From Promethearchaeota archaeon (lineage in GTDB: Archaea; Asgardarchaeota; Lokiarchaeia; Sigyniarchaeales; SOKP01), in the NCBI GenBank assembly GCA_048938445.1, contig JBHLME010000036.1, positions 1-35,466 of the forward strand: DNA of 35,466 nucleotides, read 5' to 3'. Positions 1 to 10,164 of the stretch are shown piece by piece. Numbering within the stretch: position 1 is the stretch's first letter; every line of letters starts with the position of its first letter. The translations under genes and the position numbers were made by a program. Below the pieces are notes generated by a model. It had not been told where the DNA came from. It worked only from the letters and a program-made list of their open reading frames with translations, and searched no databases.

Positions 1-1
1 T

Positions 2-70
2 CGCTTTAAATTAAAACAACTATTAATTGAAGAAGGGTTTTCAGAAGATAATATAATGATAAAGGATTAA
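2..70 (+). CDS. C-terminal fragment of translation initiation factor aIF1/SUI1 (5' end outside window)
   Basis: Frame 2 reads RFKLKQLLIEEGFSEDNIMIKD-stop (TAA 68-70), resembling the SUI1 C-terminus pattern (QGDH)R..(V/L)K..L...GF....I. Only 22 residues are visible. Confidence 0.55.
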   Translation, partial: RFKLKQLLIEEGFSEDNIMIKD

Positions 71-289
71 AAAATCCAAACACATTCTCAGCCCATATAC
101 GCATTTCTCAATGGTTTTTATTATTAGTTCTTTTTTTATTAATTTAATCTTAATTAAAATTTTATCTCCTACTTATCAAAAATTAACTTGAGGAGAGAAA
201 AATCTATAATTTATTCAAACAAGATTTAATTTTTTTACTTATTTCTACTAATTATTATTAATTTCTATTAAAATCTTAGAGAGATCGAT

Positions 290-1435
290 ATAAAAATTAA
301 GCATGTTGTTATCAGTGGAGGAGGATTCGGAGGCTTTTATTTAGCATTAGAATTGGAAAAAAAAAAGCATTTTAAAACTATTTTAATAGATCCTACTGAT
401 TTCTTTGTTTACACTCCTCTAATACATGAAGTAAGCATAGGTGAAATTCCTGAAAGTGCCGTTAAAATCAATTACAAAAGTGTATTAAAGCACACAATAG
501 TTATTAAATCGAAGGTGAAATATATTGAATTTACAAATAATCAAGTTATCACTGATGATGATACAAAAATTAAATATAATTATTTAATAATTTGTCCCGG
601 ATCAAGAGCAGCTAATATAATAAAGGGATCTGAAGATAGTTTTTTTTTCCACAATTTAAATGATGCGATAAAAATAAAAAAAACCCTCATTGGGGGATTA
701 ACTGAGAAAAAAGCAAATATATCAATAGTAGGTGAAGGCTTAACAGGAATTGAACTAACTGGACAATTAGCAACTTATTTTAAAAAAATTAAAAAAGATA
801 TTACTCTTCATCATTTCTTATATTTCCCTAAGTATTTAATGAACAATCCTGGATTTGATGATATTATCAAGATTAGAATGCGTAAATTAAATGTGAATGT
901 ACATCCAGAGGAACGTGCTTTAGAAATTGATAATGATGTTGTTAGAACTTATAAAAATACATATCAATCGAGTCTGATTTTTACATGTACCGGAATACAA
1001 CCTAACATGATTGATTCGGATGTGAAATTTGAAAATGGTTATGAGGTTAATGAATATTGTCAATTAAAGAATTTTGATAATGTTTATGTTATTGGAGATG
1101 CTGCCAAGTTCATTTATCAGAACAACCCCGCTCCAGCTCTAGCCCAAATAGCGATTAAAGAAGCTAAATATGTCGCAAAAGATATTCTGCGTAGAATAAA
1201 ATCAGCAAAAAGAAAGAAATTCAAACCAAAAATTTTAGGTATGTTGATAACTATCGGTAAATATTATGCAATCGGTGAATTTCTAGGAAAATATAGAATT
1301 AAAGGGGCACCCACGTGGTTCATTAAGAGGTTTTATTATTTCTTAGAAATTTTTAAAATAACTAAAGATTGGAGGTTATTACTGATATTAATTAAATCAT
1401 CACTATTTGTAAATTACTATCTTTATGAAAAATAG
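290..1435 (+). CDS. NAD(P)/FAD-dependent oxidoreductase, type II NADH dehydrogenase (Ndh)-like; true start lies upstream of the track's 353 and is non-canonical
   Basis: In frame upstream of TTG353 lies KHVVISGGGFGGFYLA (FAD-binding GxGxxG). Second motif IVGEGLTGIELTG, VYVIGD and PALAQIA are typical of NDH-2. In-frame TAA at 269-271; start at ATC284, ATA290 or ATT296 is uncertain. Confidence 0.8.
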   Translation: MKIKHVVISGGGFGGFYLALELEKKKHFKTILIDPTDFFVYTPLIHEVSIGEIPESAVKINYKSVLKHTIVIKSKVKYIEFTNNQVITDDDTKIKYNYLIICPGSRAANIIKGSEDSFFFHNLNDAIKIKKTLIGGLTEKKANISIVGEGLTGIELTGQLATYFKKIKKDITLHHFLYFPKYLMNNPGFDDIIKIRMRKLNVNVHPEERALEIDNDVVRTYKNTYQSSLIFTCTGIQPNMIDSDVKFENGYEVNEYCQLKNFDNVYVIGDAAKFIYQNNPAPALAQIAIKEAKYVAKDILRRIKSAKRKKFKPKILGMLITIGKYYAIGEFLGKYRIKGAPTWFIKRFYYFLEIFKITKDWRLLLILIKSSLFVNYYLYEK

Positions 1436-1467
1436 AAATTAGGCCAAACAACCAATTTTTTTTAATT

Positions 1468-1848
1468 TTATCGATATGCGAATTTTTCTTTATAAAAATC
1501 TAATACTTCATCAACCGTTTTAGATAAAATTGGAGCATCTTCAGGTTTAGCAAGCCCTTTTATCGCTTCTTCGGTAAAAATATTTAAAATTTCCTTAATT
1601 GACTCGATTCTATCTTCTGGCTTTGATTCCATTAAATCCCTTAAGCTTCTTTTATGTTTTATTTGCCATATGCTCACGGCGCGCCACCCTAAACCCTTTG
1701 CAGCGAGTTCAGGCAAAGGGAGATTTTTAAGTAAAATACCAATAAAGTCCAGAAAAATCTGGTGTTGTTCTTGATCCATGCTTACTTTTTGAAAGATTTT
1801 TTCTGCATCTGATAAAGCCTTTGGTTTAAAACTATTTTTATCAAGCAC
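1468..1848 (-). CDS. hypothetical protein, 126 aa, predicted all-helical
   Basis: Non-overlapping ORF with GTG start and protein-like composition; no motif recognised. Confidence 0.7.
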   Translation of the reverse strand: MLDKNSFKPKALSDAEKIFQKVSMDQEQHQIFLDFIGILLKNLPLPELAAKGLGWRAVSIWQIKHKRSLRDLMESKPEDRIESIKEILNIFTEEAIKGLAKPEDAPILSKTVDEVLDFYKEKFAYR

Positions 1849-2129
1849 GAATTTTCACTATATTAGATAATAAATTATAATTAATATTAGATATACTAGA
1901 AAAAATTGTATATATAATTAATGTCTATTGTTTAAATGCGTAGATTTGACAAACAAATTATTGATATTTTTTAAATAATATTTTTCTTTTAGATAGTTGA
2001 AAATGAAAAGAATTGTTCTATTGTAATAATAAATATCAACAATCTAAAATTAAAACATATTGTAGTTAGAGACATAATTGAAATAGAATACTATGTGTTC
2101 AAAAATAAATAGTAAGGTAAGTATAATAT

Positions 2130-2546
2130 ATGATCAAATTTAATCAAATAAATATAAAAACTCCAAAAAGAGAAACTCTTTTAGATATTTCTAATGAAAT
2201 CAATTCTTTAGTGCGAAATTCAGGGATTAAAGAAGGTACATGTCGAATTTTTGTACCGCATACTACTGCGGGAATTACTATGAATGAAAATGCAGATCCT
2301 AATGTTCTAATAGATATAATCAATTATTTAAAAATTTTAATCCCTCAAAATGGAGGAAAGTATGCTTTTAAGCACATAGAGGGGAATTCAGATGCACATT
2401 TAAAATCAAGTCTAATTGGGACCTCATTAGAATTGATAATCCATGATGGAAAGATTGTTTTAGGCACTTGGCAAGGGATTATGTTCGCTGAATTTGATGG
2501 ACCGCGAAATCGAAAAGTGATTATTCAAATAATAGGTGAAAAATGA
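2130..2546 (+). CDS. yjbQ: YjbQ/UPF0047 family protein (secondary thiamine-phosphate synthase)
   Basis: Motifs PHTTAGITMNENADP, HIEGNSDAHLKSSLIG, LGTWQGIMFAEFDGPRNR. Confidence 0.93.
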   Translation: MIKFNQINIKTPKRETLLDISNEINSLVRNSGIKEGTCRIFVPHTTAGITMNENADPNVLIDIINYLKILIPQNGGKYAFKHIEGNSDAHLKSSLIGTSLELIIHDGKIVLGTWQGIMFAEFDGPRNRKVIIQIIGEK

Positions 2547-2658
2547 CAATTATTTCACTCTATCTTAAAAAATATAATAGAAAAAGAAATAAGGTCGTTT
2601 TAATTAATACAACTAATCTTGTCGAGTTAAATAAAAATTATAATATAATCTCCCGAGA

Positions 2659-3483
2659 ATGATCGACGGAATAAAAATATTTGATGGTCACATGCATTAT
2701 ATTGGCCGGTTTAAGCCAAGAGATGAATCTTTAGTTGAATTCATGGATAGGTATGGCATTGATAAAGCCGCAGTTACTACTTTAAATCAAGCAGCAAATC
2801 TTGACAGGATCCTAAAAAGTAATGGAAATATTGGAGAAAAAGAATATCTGGAGGATTTTCTGAGAAAAGAACAGTATGATCATGAAGACTTGAGGAAAAT
2901 TATATCAAAAAATCCGAATAAGTTGTTTGGCTTTTTTTGGTTTAATCCTAAAATTGCTAATGAAGATGATTGGAAATTACTGGAGAAATATATTAAAGAT
3001 TATCATTTTAAAGGAATTAAAACACAATGGTGCGTGGACTTGCTTGACGTTCCCGGAGATCTCCTTTATTTAGCGGAATTTTGTATTGATAATGATGCTC
3101 CCCTATTCATACATTCTGGAACAGGATTCTTTTATCAAAAACCAGTTCGAGCAAAAGACCACTATCAATTAGCTAGAAAGTATAGAGAATTAAAACTGAT
3201 TATTGGTCATGCTGCTCATACAATGGAACATTGTATCAATTGTTTGAATTACTTTTCCAAAATGGCTAATGTATATTTCGAAACATCTACGTCTATTCCT
3301 TATGGTATAATGACGCTCATAAAAGCAATGGGCTCTCAAAGAGTAATTTATGGTTCTGACAGTCCTACAGCAAATCCACCAGATATAGAAATTAATAAAA
3401 TATTATGTTTAAATTTAGATAAAAAAAGCTTAGAAAATGTGTTTTATAATAATATAATTCATTTACTTGGAATTGAAGAGTAA
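2659..3483 (+). CDS. amidohydrolase-2 family metal-dependent TIM-barrel enzyme
   Basis: DGHMH near the N-terminus, FKGIK, PLFIHSG, IIGHA, VYFETS, YGSDSP. Confidence 0.88.
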   Translation: MIDGIKIFDGHMHYIGRFKPRDESLVEFMDRYGIDKAAVTTLNQAANLDRILKSNGNIGEKEYLEDFLRKEQYDHEDLRKIISKNPNKLFGFFWFNPKIANEDDWKLLEKYIKDYHFKGIKTQWCVDLLDVPGDLLYLAEFCIDNDAPLFIHSGTGFFYQKPVRAKDHYQLARKYRELKLIIGHAAHTMEHCINCLNYFSKMANVYFETSTSIPYGIMTLIKAMGSQRVIYGSDSPTANPPDIEINKILCLNLDKKSLENVFYNNIIHLLGIEE

Positions 3484-3548
3484 AATTTGTCTTTATTAAG
3501 GATTTAATTTAAAATTATTTAATTGAAATAATTCCATCAAAGTTTTTC

Positions 3549-4727
3549 TCAAACAATTTTTAAATTTTTAATAATATCTTCTAAATCTTCAGTAAATCTA
3601 AATAAATGCTCTTTAGTAACGTGAGGCATTATGACAACTCTTATTAAATTAAACTCCGTGAATTTTCCAAGCATCCAATGTCTTTTTCGAAACTCATCAT
3701 CTAATTCACAAATACTCTCCCCATTTTCTGTTGTTATTCCAAGAACATTCATCACGGGATCTGCTGCTAATTTTACACCATCTATTTCATTAATTCGCTT
3801 GGTCAAATATTCCGTATTTTCCATGCATTGTTTGATAATTTTATTATAACCCTCTATCCCTAAATATTTTAAGATTGCCCAAAAAGCAATTACTGTCCCC
3901 CCGGGTCTTGTTCCGACGATATGAAAGTGTTTAAAACCGCCGCCTGCAAGATATGGAATTTCAAAACCAGCATGGTGCAGTATTGAGTGGTCATTTAAGA
4001 AGAAACCACCAGAAGGAATGATACCTAAACCCATTTTATGAGGATCAGCTGTTATTGAACATACAGATTTCACGCTAAAATCCCAAGGAGGGAGGTTATA
4101 CCCTAAGTTTTTTAAAAATGGTAAAACAAATCCACCGAAAGCCGCATCAACGTGAAAAAAGATCTCTTTATCTTCTATAATTTTTCCTATTTGATCTATA
4201 GGATCAATTAAACCTAATGATGTAGTTCCTGCCACACCAACCACACCACATGTATTTTTTGTTATCAAGGATTCAAAGTGTTCAATGTCTAGTTCGAAAT
4301 TATCTTTTAAGTTAGCCTTTACAACTTTAACTCCCATTAAGTCTGCTCCTTTTTCAAATGACATATGTGCTGAAGCAGGGACAATTATTTCAGGATTTAT
4401 TATGTCTGGTCTTGATTTTTTAGCGATTCTCATGGCAACGATATTCGCTTCAGAACCACCTGTAGTTATTGTCCCAATAATATTTTTTCCATTGAAAAGT
4501 TCGCCAATTTCTGCGATTAATTCATTTTCTAAATCAGCCGTAGATTTAAATAGCCCAGGATCCCCTAGGTTTTTATCTAAATATTTCATATATACTTCTT
4601 TTCCAAAATCTAAAGGTGAAGTACACATTGATCCCAAGATATAACCCATATCATAAGAATAATCACTTTTCAGTTTATTTTCAAGAATTTCTAATATTTC
4701 TTCTTTACCCATTCCTTTATTTTGCAT
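3549..4727 (-). CDS. mfnA: PLP-dependent L-tyrosine/L-aspartate decarboxylase (MfnA/archaeal ADC), probably the beta-alanine source for CoA
   Basis: ILGSMCT, NLGDPGLF, TTGGSEAN, HVDAAFGG, ADPHKMG (PLP lysine), GTRPG; adjacent to PPS. Confidence 0.9.
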   Translation of the reverse strand: MQNKGMGKEEILEILENKLKSDYSYDMGYILGSMCTSPLDFGKEVYMKYLDKNLGDPGLFKSTADLENELIAEIGELFNGKNIIGTITTGGSEANIVAMRIAKKSRPDIINPEIIVPASAHMSFEKGADLMGVKVVKANLKDNFELDIEHFESLITKNTCGVVGVAGTTSLGLIDPIDQIGKIIEDKEIFFHVDAAFGGFVLPFLKNLGYNLPPWDFSVKSVCSITADPHKMGLGIIPSGGFFLNDHSILHHAGFEIPYLAGGGFKHFHIVGTRPGGTVIAFWAILKYLGIEGYNKIIKQCMENTEYLTKRINEIDGVKLAADPVMNVLGITTENGESICELDDEFRKRHWMLGKFTEFNLIRVVIMPHVTKEHLFRFTEDLEDIIKNLKIV

Positions 4728-5000
4728 ATAATCAATTCGCGAGGTTGATTTTTTCTTCTTAATATAATACTTACATTTCGAGAATATCCTTCTCTTTCAT
4801 TAACTATACTGTAATTCAGAATATTATAAAAAATTAATATTTTTTGATCATTAACATGTCATTTTTTAATATTAATAACCTTTCTTTAAAAAAGAGGTTT
4901 AGTTCGGATTATTGAAAGTCAATTTTGAAAAATATAAAATAACACAATAATAAAATTAAAAATTACATTTTTTACATTAAATAAAAACCTGAATTTAAAG

Positions 5001-5810
5001 ATGAATAATAATGAACATATTGATGATCAAGTTCCCCAAGATCATCCAAGATATCAAAGTTTGACCTATCGACATAAAATCATTGAAGGAATGAAGGATT
5101 TAGTTGTCGCTGAAGCAGGATTAATTGCTCACGGAAGAGGAGAGTGCTTTGACTATATTTTAGGTGAAAAGACTAATGATATTGCGAAAAGAGCAATGAG
5201 AGCTGCTGTTGCATTGTTGCTAATTTCAAAAAATCCCATTATTAGCGTGAATGGTAACACTGCCGTGTTGGTACCTGATGAACTTGTAAAGCTTTCAAAA
5301 GAAGTCAATGCACCCCTCGAGATTAATTTATTTTATAGAAGAGAAGGAAGAGTAGAAGCAATTACAACTGTCTTAAAAAATGCTGGTGCTACGGACTTGC
5401 TTGGAACTGATGAATCTAAAATGGTGGAAATTAAGGAATTAAGTAGTAATAGAAGGTTAGTTGACCCAAATGGAATAAAAATAGCTGATACGGTATTTGT
5501 TCCATTAGAAGATGGTGATCGAACTGAAGCTCTCAAAAAAATGGATAGAAATGTTATTGCGGTCGATTTAAATCCAATTAGCAGGACGGCTATTTGGGCA
5601 GATATAACTATAATAGATAATATCATAAGAGTCTTACCTGAAATGATAAACATTACTAAAGAATTAAAGCAACTGAGTGAGAAAGAATTAAAAAAGATTG
5701 TTGATGAGTTTGATAATAAAAAAAATATTCAAGAAACTCTCGAATTGATAAAAGAATATATTGAAACTCAAAAAGAAGAAGCATTTAAAATCTTAGTAGA
5801 TAAGATTTAA
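5001..5810 (+). CDS. pps: phosphopantothenate synthetase (4-phosphopantoate--beta-alanine ligase, archaeal PPS)
   Basis: HPRYQSL, GLIAHGRGECFDYILGE, ISVNGN, EINLFYR, VPLEDGDRTEAL, DLNPISRT. Confidence 0.93.
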   Translation: MNNNEHIDDQVPQDHPRYQSLTYRHKIIEGMKDLVVAEAGLIAHGRGECFDYILGEKTNDIAKRAMRAAVALLLISKNPIISVNGNTAVLVPDELVKLSKEVNAPLEINLFYRREGRVEAITTVLKNAGATDLLGTDESKMVEIKELSSNRRLVDPNGIKIADTVFVPLEDGDRTEALKKMDRNVIAVDLNPISRTAIWADITIIDNIIRVLPEMINITKELKQLSEKELKKIVDEFDNKKNIQETLELIKEYIETQKEEAFKILVDKI

Positions 5811-6787
5811 TTTTTCCCTTGTTCTAATCCCTTTATTAATGTGGTTAGTATTTTATTAATTGGTACTTCAATATTCAACTCTTTTGAATATTCTACAATT
5901 TTCGCGTTAATGAACTCAATTTCTGTTTTTTTGCCTTTTAAGATATCTTGTAACATTGAGTTTTTATTTTGATAAGTTTTTTCGGCGACATTAAAAGTTA
6001 GAGCTACGTAATCTTTTTTTGTTAAAATAATATTTTTTTTATCTGCAACGATTAAAGCTTCTTTAATTGCCCCTGCCATTAAAGATTTTATCCCTTTAAA
6101 TTCCAATAATTCTCCATTTTTTAATCTCGTAAGTGCTCCAATGGCATTAATTCCTATATTTACAAAAATCTTCTCCCAGCACTCCCTTATAATGTCATCT
6201 ACAATTATAGTTTCTAAACCTGCATCATTAAGCAAATCTTTTAATAATTCCAAAAATATTCTTGCGTTATTTGATAAATTTTCATCATAAAATGGAAAAC
6301 CAATCTTAGTTATTCCAATACCCGTATGTTTAACCCTTCCCGGTTTCTCAACTAAAGCACCATTAGTAGTAACTCCACGTATGATCTTATCTTTCTTACA
6401 ATATTTTATCGCAACTTCTTCATTACCAATTCCATTTTGTAAAATTACCAAATATTTGCAATCATCGATTAATTCTTTATATTGAATCATTGTAACTTCA
6501 ATATCATAAGCTTTTGTCGTTAAGAATAAAAAATCAAATGACCATGTTTTTTTTTCTTTAAATCCTTCGATACTCATGAAAACATCCAAATTTTTTAACA
6601 ATATTTCTGAATCTGCTTTTAATAAGTGTAATCCATCATTTTTAAAAACATTAAATTGAGATTCTTTTACAAAAAAAACAACATTAGGAGAATATTTCTT
6701 TGATTTCAGTGAAGCTAAACATGCTCCAATTAGTGATCCAATCGATCCTGCTCCAATGATGCCAATATATATTTCTCTTTGACTCAA
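5807..6787 (-). CDS. panE: 2-dehydropantoate 2-reductase (ketopantoate reductase)
   Basis: IIGAGSIG, TTKAYD, LQNGIGNEE, WEKIFVN, NSMLQD..GKKTEIEFINA. Confidence 0.93.
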   Translation of the reverse strand: MSQREIYIGIIGAGSIGSLIGACLASLKSKKYSPNVVFFVKESQFNVFKNDGLHLLKADSEILLKNLDVFMSIEGFKEKKTWSFDFLFLTTKAYDIEVTMIQYKELIDDCKYLVILQNGIGNEEVAIKYCKKDKIIRGVTTNGALVEKPGRVKHTGIGITKIGFPFYDENLSNNARIFLELLKDLLNDAGLETIIVDDIIRECWEKIFVNIGINAIGALTRLKNGELLEFKGIKSLMAGAIKEALIVADKKNIILTKKDYVALTFNVAEKTYQNKNSMLQDILKGKKTEIEFINAKIVEYSKELNIEVPINKILTTLIKGLEQGKN

Positions 6788-6807
6788 TTCGTTGGAGCTC
6801 CTTCATT

Positions 6808-8148
6808 TTATTTTTGTTTTTCCCATTTCTTTAGATAAGTTACTTCAGAAAGAGTGGACCCTCTTTTTATTTCTTCTCTATACCTATTTTCCTTTTCAAG
6901 CACATCTATGGCTCTGTTTACCATCTCTTGAGCTTTCTTTTTGGGCACGACGACAACTCCAGAATCATCTCCAATAATCCAATCTCCAGGATCAACTTTT
7001 TGACCCGCACATTCAATACTAACATTCGTCTCTCCTAAACCACGGGGTTCCCCTGCTGTAGGAGTAAAATTTCTTGCATATGCGGGAAATTTCATTTTTC
7101 TTATATCATCTATATCTCTAATAGCTCCATCAATAACCACGCCAGATATGCCTTTGATTTTACAACTCCATGATGCCAACTCCCCCCATACCGCAATTTT
7201 GCCCTCACAAGCATCAATTACTATGACATCTCCTGGCTGAGCTTCTTCTATTGCTTCCACGGGTTTACTCCAATCTCCATCATACGTTCTAACGGTATAT
7301 GCAGGACCAACGAATTTCAAAGGATATTCTTCAGTTCCGATCCATACTGATTTTAAACCGCGCATTTCACCTGTTCTATGCATCGCATCTGAGACATTTG
7401 GAGCAGATACTTTCATAAAAGCCTCTCTAATATGAGTTTCATCATATTTTTTAAACAACTCTGTTGGGATAGGATTTGTGGTCCTGATGGCTTCTTTTAT
7501 TTTTTTTGCTGTCTCTTCGGGATTTTGAGATTTATAAAGTGATCCTCCAACTATGATGACATCCACACCTATTTCTTTTGCTCTTGCTGCAGTTTCACTA
7601 TTGATTCCTCCCGCAATTGCTAACCAAGTAGTAGGCTGTAATTTTTCCTTTAATATCCGAGCTACATCTAGTGTTTTTTCTCCACCATAAATGACTTGTT
7701 GGTCTACTCCAACATGGGAGCAAATCATGTCTACTCCCAATGCCTCTAATTCCAATGCACGCTGAACCAATCTATCCTGCGGAATATCAATAGTGTCGCA
7801 ACCTAACATGACTCCATATTTTTGAGCTGCTTCCACTGCTTCTGTCACTGAAGCATTATCACTTCCACCTAGCATTAATACAATTTTAGCACCAGATTTG
7901 GCAGCCATTTCAATTTCTACAGAACCTCCATCAGCAGTTTTCATATCAGCAACTAATATGATATCCGGGAATTTCTTATGCAATGCTCTAAGTACGTTCA
8001 TTCCTTCTGACTTTATTAAGGGTGTTCCGGCTTCAATCCAATCAACACCGCCTTTAATAGCTTCTTCTGCTATTTGCAATGCTCTATGTGTATTGACCAA
8101 ATCTAATGCAATTTGAAGGTAAGGGTTATCTTCTCTTTTCCTCAGCAA
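6808..8148 (-). CDS. fusion of 3-hexulose-6-phosphate synthase (N-terminal) and RraA/HMG-aldolase-like domain (C-terminal)
   Basis: HPS motifs LQIALD, IEAGTPLIKSEG, ADMKTADGG, HVGVDQQ, AGGIN. RraA motifs NVSDAM, GPAYTV, PGDVIVID, AVWGEL, IDGAIRDIDD, PGDWIIGDDSGVVVVP. Confidence 0.9.
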   Translation of the reverse strand: MLRKREDNPYLQIALDLVNTHRALQIAEEAIKGGVDWIEAGTPLIKSEGMNVLRALHKKFPDIILVADMKTADGGSVEIEMAAKSGAKIVLMLGGSDNASVTEAVEAAQKYGVMLGCDTIDIPQDRLVQRALELEALGVDMICSHVGVDQQVIYGGEKTLDVARILKEKLQPTTWLAIAGGINSETAARAKEIGVDVIIVGGSLYKSQNPEETAKKIKEAIRTTNPIPTELFKKYDETHIREAFMKVSAPNVSDAMHRTGEMRGLKSVWIGTEEYPLKFVGPAYTVRTYDGDWSKPVEAIEEAQPGDVIVIDACEGKIAVWGELASWSCKIKGISGVVIDGAIRDIDDIRKMKFPAYARNFTPTAGEPRGLGETNVSIECAGQKVDPGDWIIGDDSGVVVVPKKKAQEMVNRAIDVLEKENRYREEIKRGSTLSEVTYLKKWEKQK

Positions 8149-8257
8149 AATTAATCACGAAGTATCCAAATCTTTATGATTATAATTAATGATATAATTT
8201 TTGAAATACAAGGTATAAGATAATTTTTATCATTTTTTGGATCTTTAGAGGGTAAAA

Positions 8258-9202
8258 CTATTCAGTTTTAATAATTTGGAGGCCTTTGTGATTAATAGAA
8301 GTTTTAATGAGAGTTATCTCTGGTTTATATGTTTCAAAAACTTCATTAACTATGGAAGAATCTTTTTTTTTACAGATAGCATAAATCGAGCGTCCTAACT
8401 GGTTCATGCTGGCACCTATTATCTTTATTTTATTTAAGCGGTTCATTAATTCTTTAGTTTTTATTAAGTGTAAAATGTCTAATATTCCTGTTTCTTCAAC
8501 AAATTCTTTAGAAACCTTAGCAAATGTTTCTATACTAGGTGCTTGTATTAATTTTTTTAATGCATTTTTACCTGCTTCTTTAATTTTAACATTTAATACC
8601 GGATCTGTTAAAATTGATTTTGTATGGATCATTCCAAAAGAACCACATATAACTTCGATATCTCGTGGTATTTGAATCATCTCTTGAACACAAGGATAAC
8701 CTGGTTCTTTTAACATGCACAGTCCTCCCGCTAATTGCCCACAAACGGTGCCTAATCCTGTTTTATTTATAACCTCAGCAACATGAGCAATTCTACCTTT
8801 CTCTTTTTGGTCTAAGTTGAGTTTTAAAATCTCATTTAATCCATAAATCATTCCTAAAGCTCCTGATCCGCTAGCACCATAACCACAACCAACAGGTAAT
8901 TCAAAAGAATGATTCACATGAATTTCAACAGGATTCTTTATTAAATGTCTTATAGAATTAAAAATAAAATAACTAGTTTCAGCTTTTTGGTTTAACTCTT
9001 CATTATTAATTTTAATTATACATTTTGATTCTTGATTTTTCTCAAGTTCTTGAACTCTTATCTCCGTCGTACCAATAGCATTAATATTAAATCCTGCACC
9101 TCTTGAACCTATTTTTTCAGGTTCTTGACTTACCTGATCTACTATTTCAAAGAAACCAGATATCCTATGCGGAACTTTGACAACTATTTTTCCTTTTTTC
9201 AT
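8258..9202 (-). CDS. pok: pantoate kinase (archaeal PoK, GHMP kinase family)
   Basis: PHRISGFF, GSRGAG, LPVGCGYGASG (GHMP P-loop), AHVAEV..KTGLGTV, SMNQLG. Confidence 0.9.
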   Translation of the reverse strand: MKKGKIVVKVPHRISGFFEIVDQVSQEPEKIGSRGAGFNINAIGTTEIRVQELEKNQESKCIIKINNEELNQKAETSYFIFNSIRHLIKNPVEIHVNHSFELPVGCGYGASGSGALGMIYGLNEILKLNLDQKEKGRIAHVAEVINKTGLGTVCGQLAGGLCMLKEPGYPCVQEMIQIPRDIEVICGSFGMIHTKSILTDPVLNVKIKEAGKNALKKLIQAPSIETFAKVSKEFVEETGILDILHLIKTKELMNRLNKIKIIGASMNQLGRSIYAICKKKDSSIVNEVFETYKPEITLIKTSINHKGLQIIKTE

Positions 9203-9553
9203 CGGTTAATTAACACGATTTACCTTAAAGATTAATCTACCTTGTTTATAAGTGAATTCAATATAAAATAGCTTAAAGTTTTTGTGAAAATCTTTTATAT
9301 TGATTATTTCATAAAAAATTACCTTTTTCTTAAAAAAAAAAATTGTTTTTAATTAAGTATCATGTGAAATATGAAGCATAATTTTGTCGAAAATCATTAA
9401 GTTATGATATATTTAATTTTTATCAATACATAATTAAAAAATTATATTTTTATGTAGTATCCCGTTCATTATTTTCATTTTAATAATAAATTTAATATAT
9501 TAGTTTTATCTCTGATTATTTAAATTGAGGAAGAAAAATATTTCACTTTTAAT

Positions 9554-10135
9554 ATGAATCTTTCAGAAAAATATGAACTTTGGAATACAGAAGATGATTT
9601 GAATTGGGATGTTATTGAAATTTCAAAAGTTACTAATAAAATTATAAAAAATTTAGTAGAAAATCTCAAACGGGATTTATCTAATAATTTTTATATATCA
9701 TTTGAAAGCCTAATCAAAATTGGTAGAAAAAAAAATATAAAACCAATTGTTGAATCATACATTAAAACCATGATAAATGGTGATTGGCGTAAAGACCTCT
9801 TTAAATTCATCTTAAAATATATAAATAATAAAGATATAAAAAATCCTTTAATATTCCAATTATATAATCCAGATTTTATAAAGAGAGCAAGAGCTATAAT
9901 GCAAGTTCAACATGCAGGAGCATTAAATTATAGTAAAGTTATTTTATCATTAATGGATGATCCAGATGATTCTGTTAGATGGGCTGCTCTTAACTTTTTC
10001 ATTAGTCTTGATCAATTAAATAACTCGGAGTTTCAAAATAAATTAAAATCTCGAATAAATAAGGAGATAAATCAAACTATACAAAAAAAAATTTTTCAAA
10101 TATTATATGGAATTCAAATAAAAATGAAGAATTAA
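9554..10135 (+). CDS. HEAT/PBS-lyase-repeat protein
   Basis: LYNPDFIKRARAIMQV and LSLMDDPDDSVRWAALNFF match HEAT-repeat consensus. Confidence 0.7.
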   Translation: MNLSEKYELWNTEDDLNWDVIEISKVTNKIIKNLVENLKRDLSNNFYISFESLIKIGRKKNIKPIVESYIKTMINGDWRKDLFKFILKYINNKDIKNPLIFQLYNPDFIKRARAIMQVQHAGALNYSKVILSLMDDPDDSVRWAALNFFISLDQLNNSEFQNKLKSRINKEINQTIQKKIFQILYGIQIKMKN

Positions 10136-10164
10136 CAAAAAAAAGAGAAAAACCATAAAGATTC

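Noticed and set aside
161-200. Hairpin TCTCCT...AGGAGA downstream of aIF1 as terminator or ncRNA
   Set aside because: Only a 6-9 bp stem with a 20-nt loop; too weak to support.
3549-4727. MfnA as evidence for methanofuran synthesis or methanogenesis
   Set aside because: The context (pps, panE, pok) points to beta-alanine supply; no other mfn or mcr genes are in the window.
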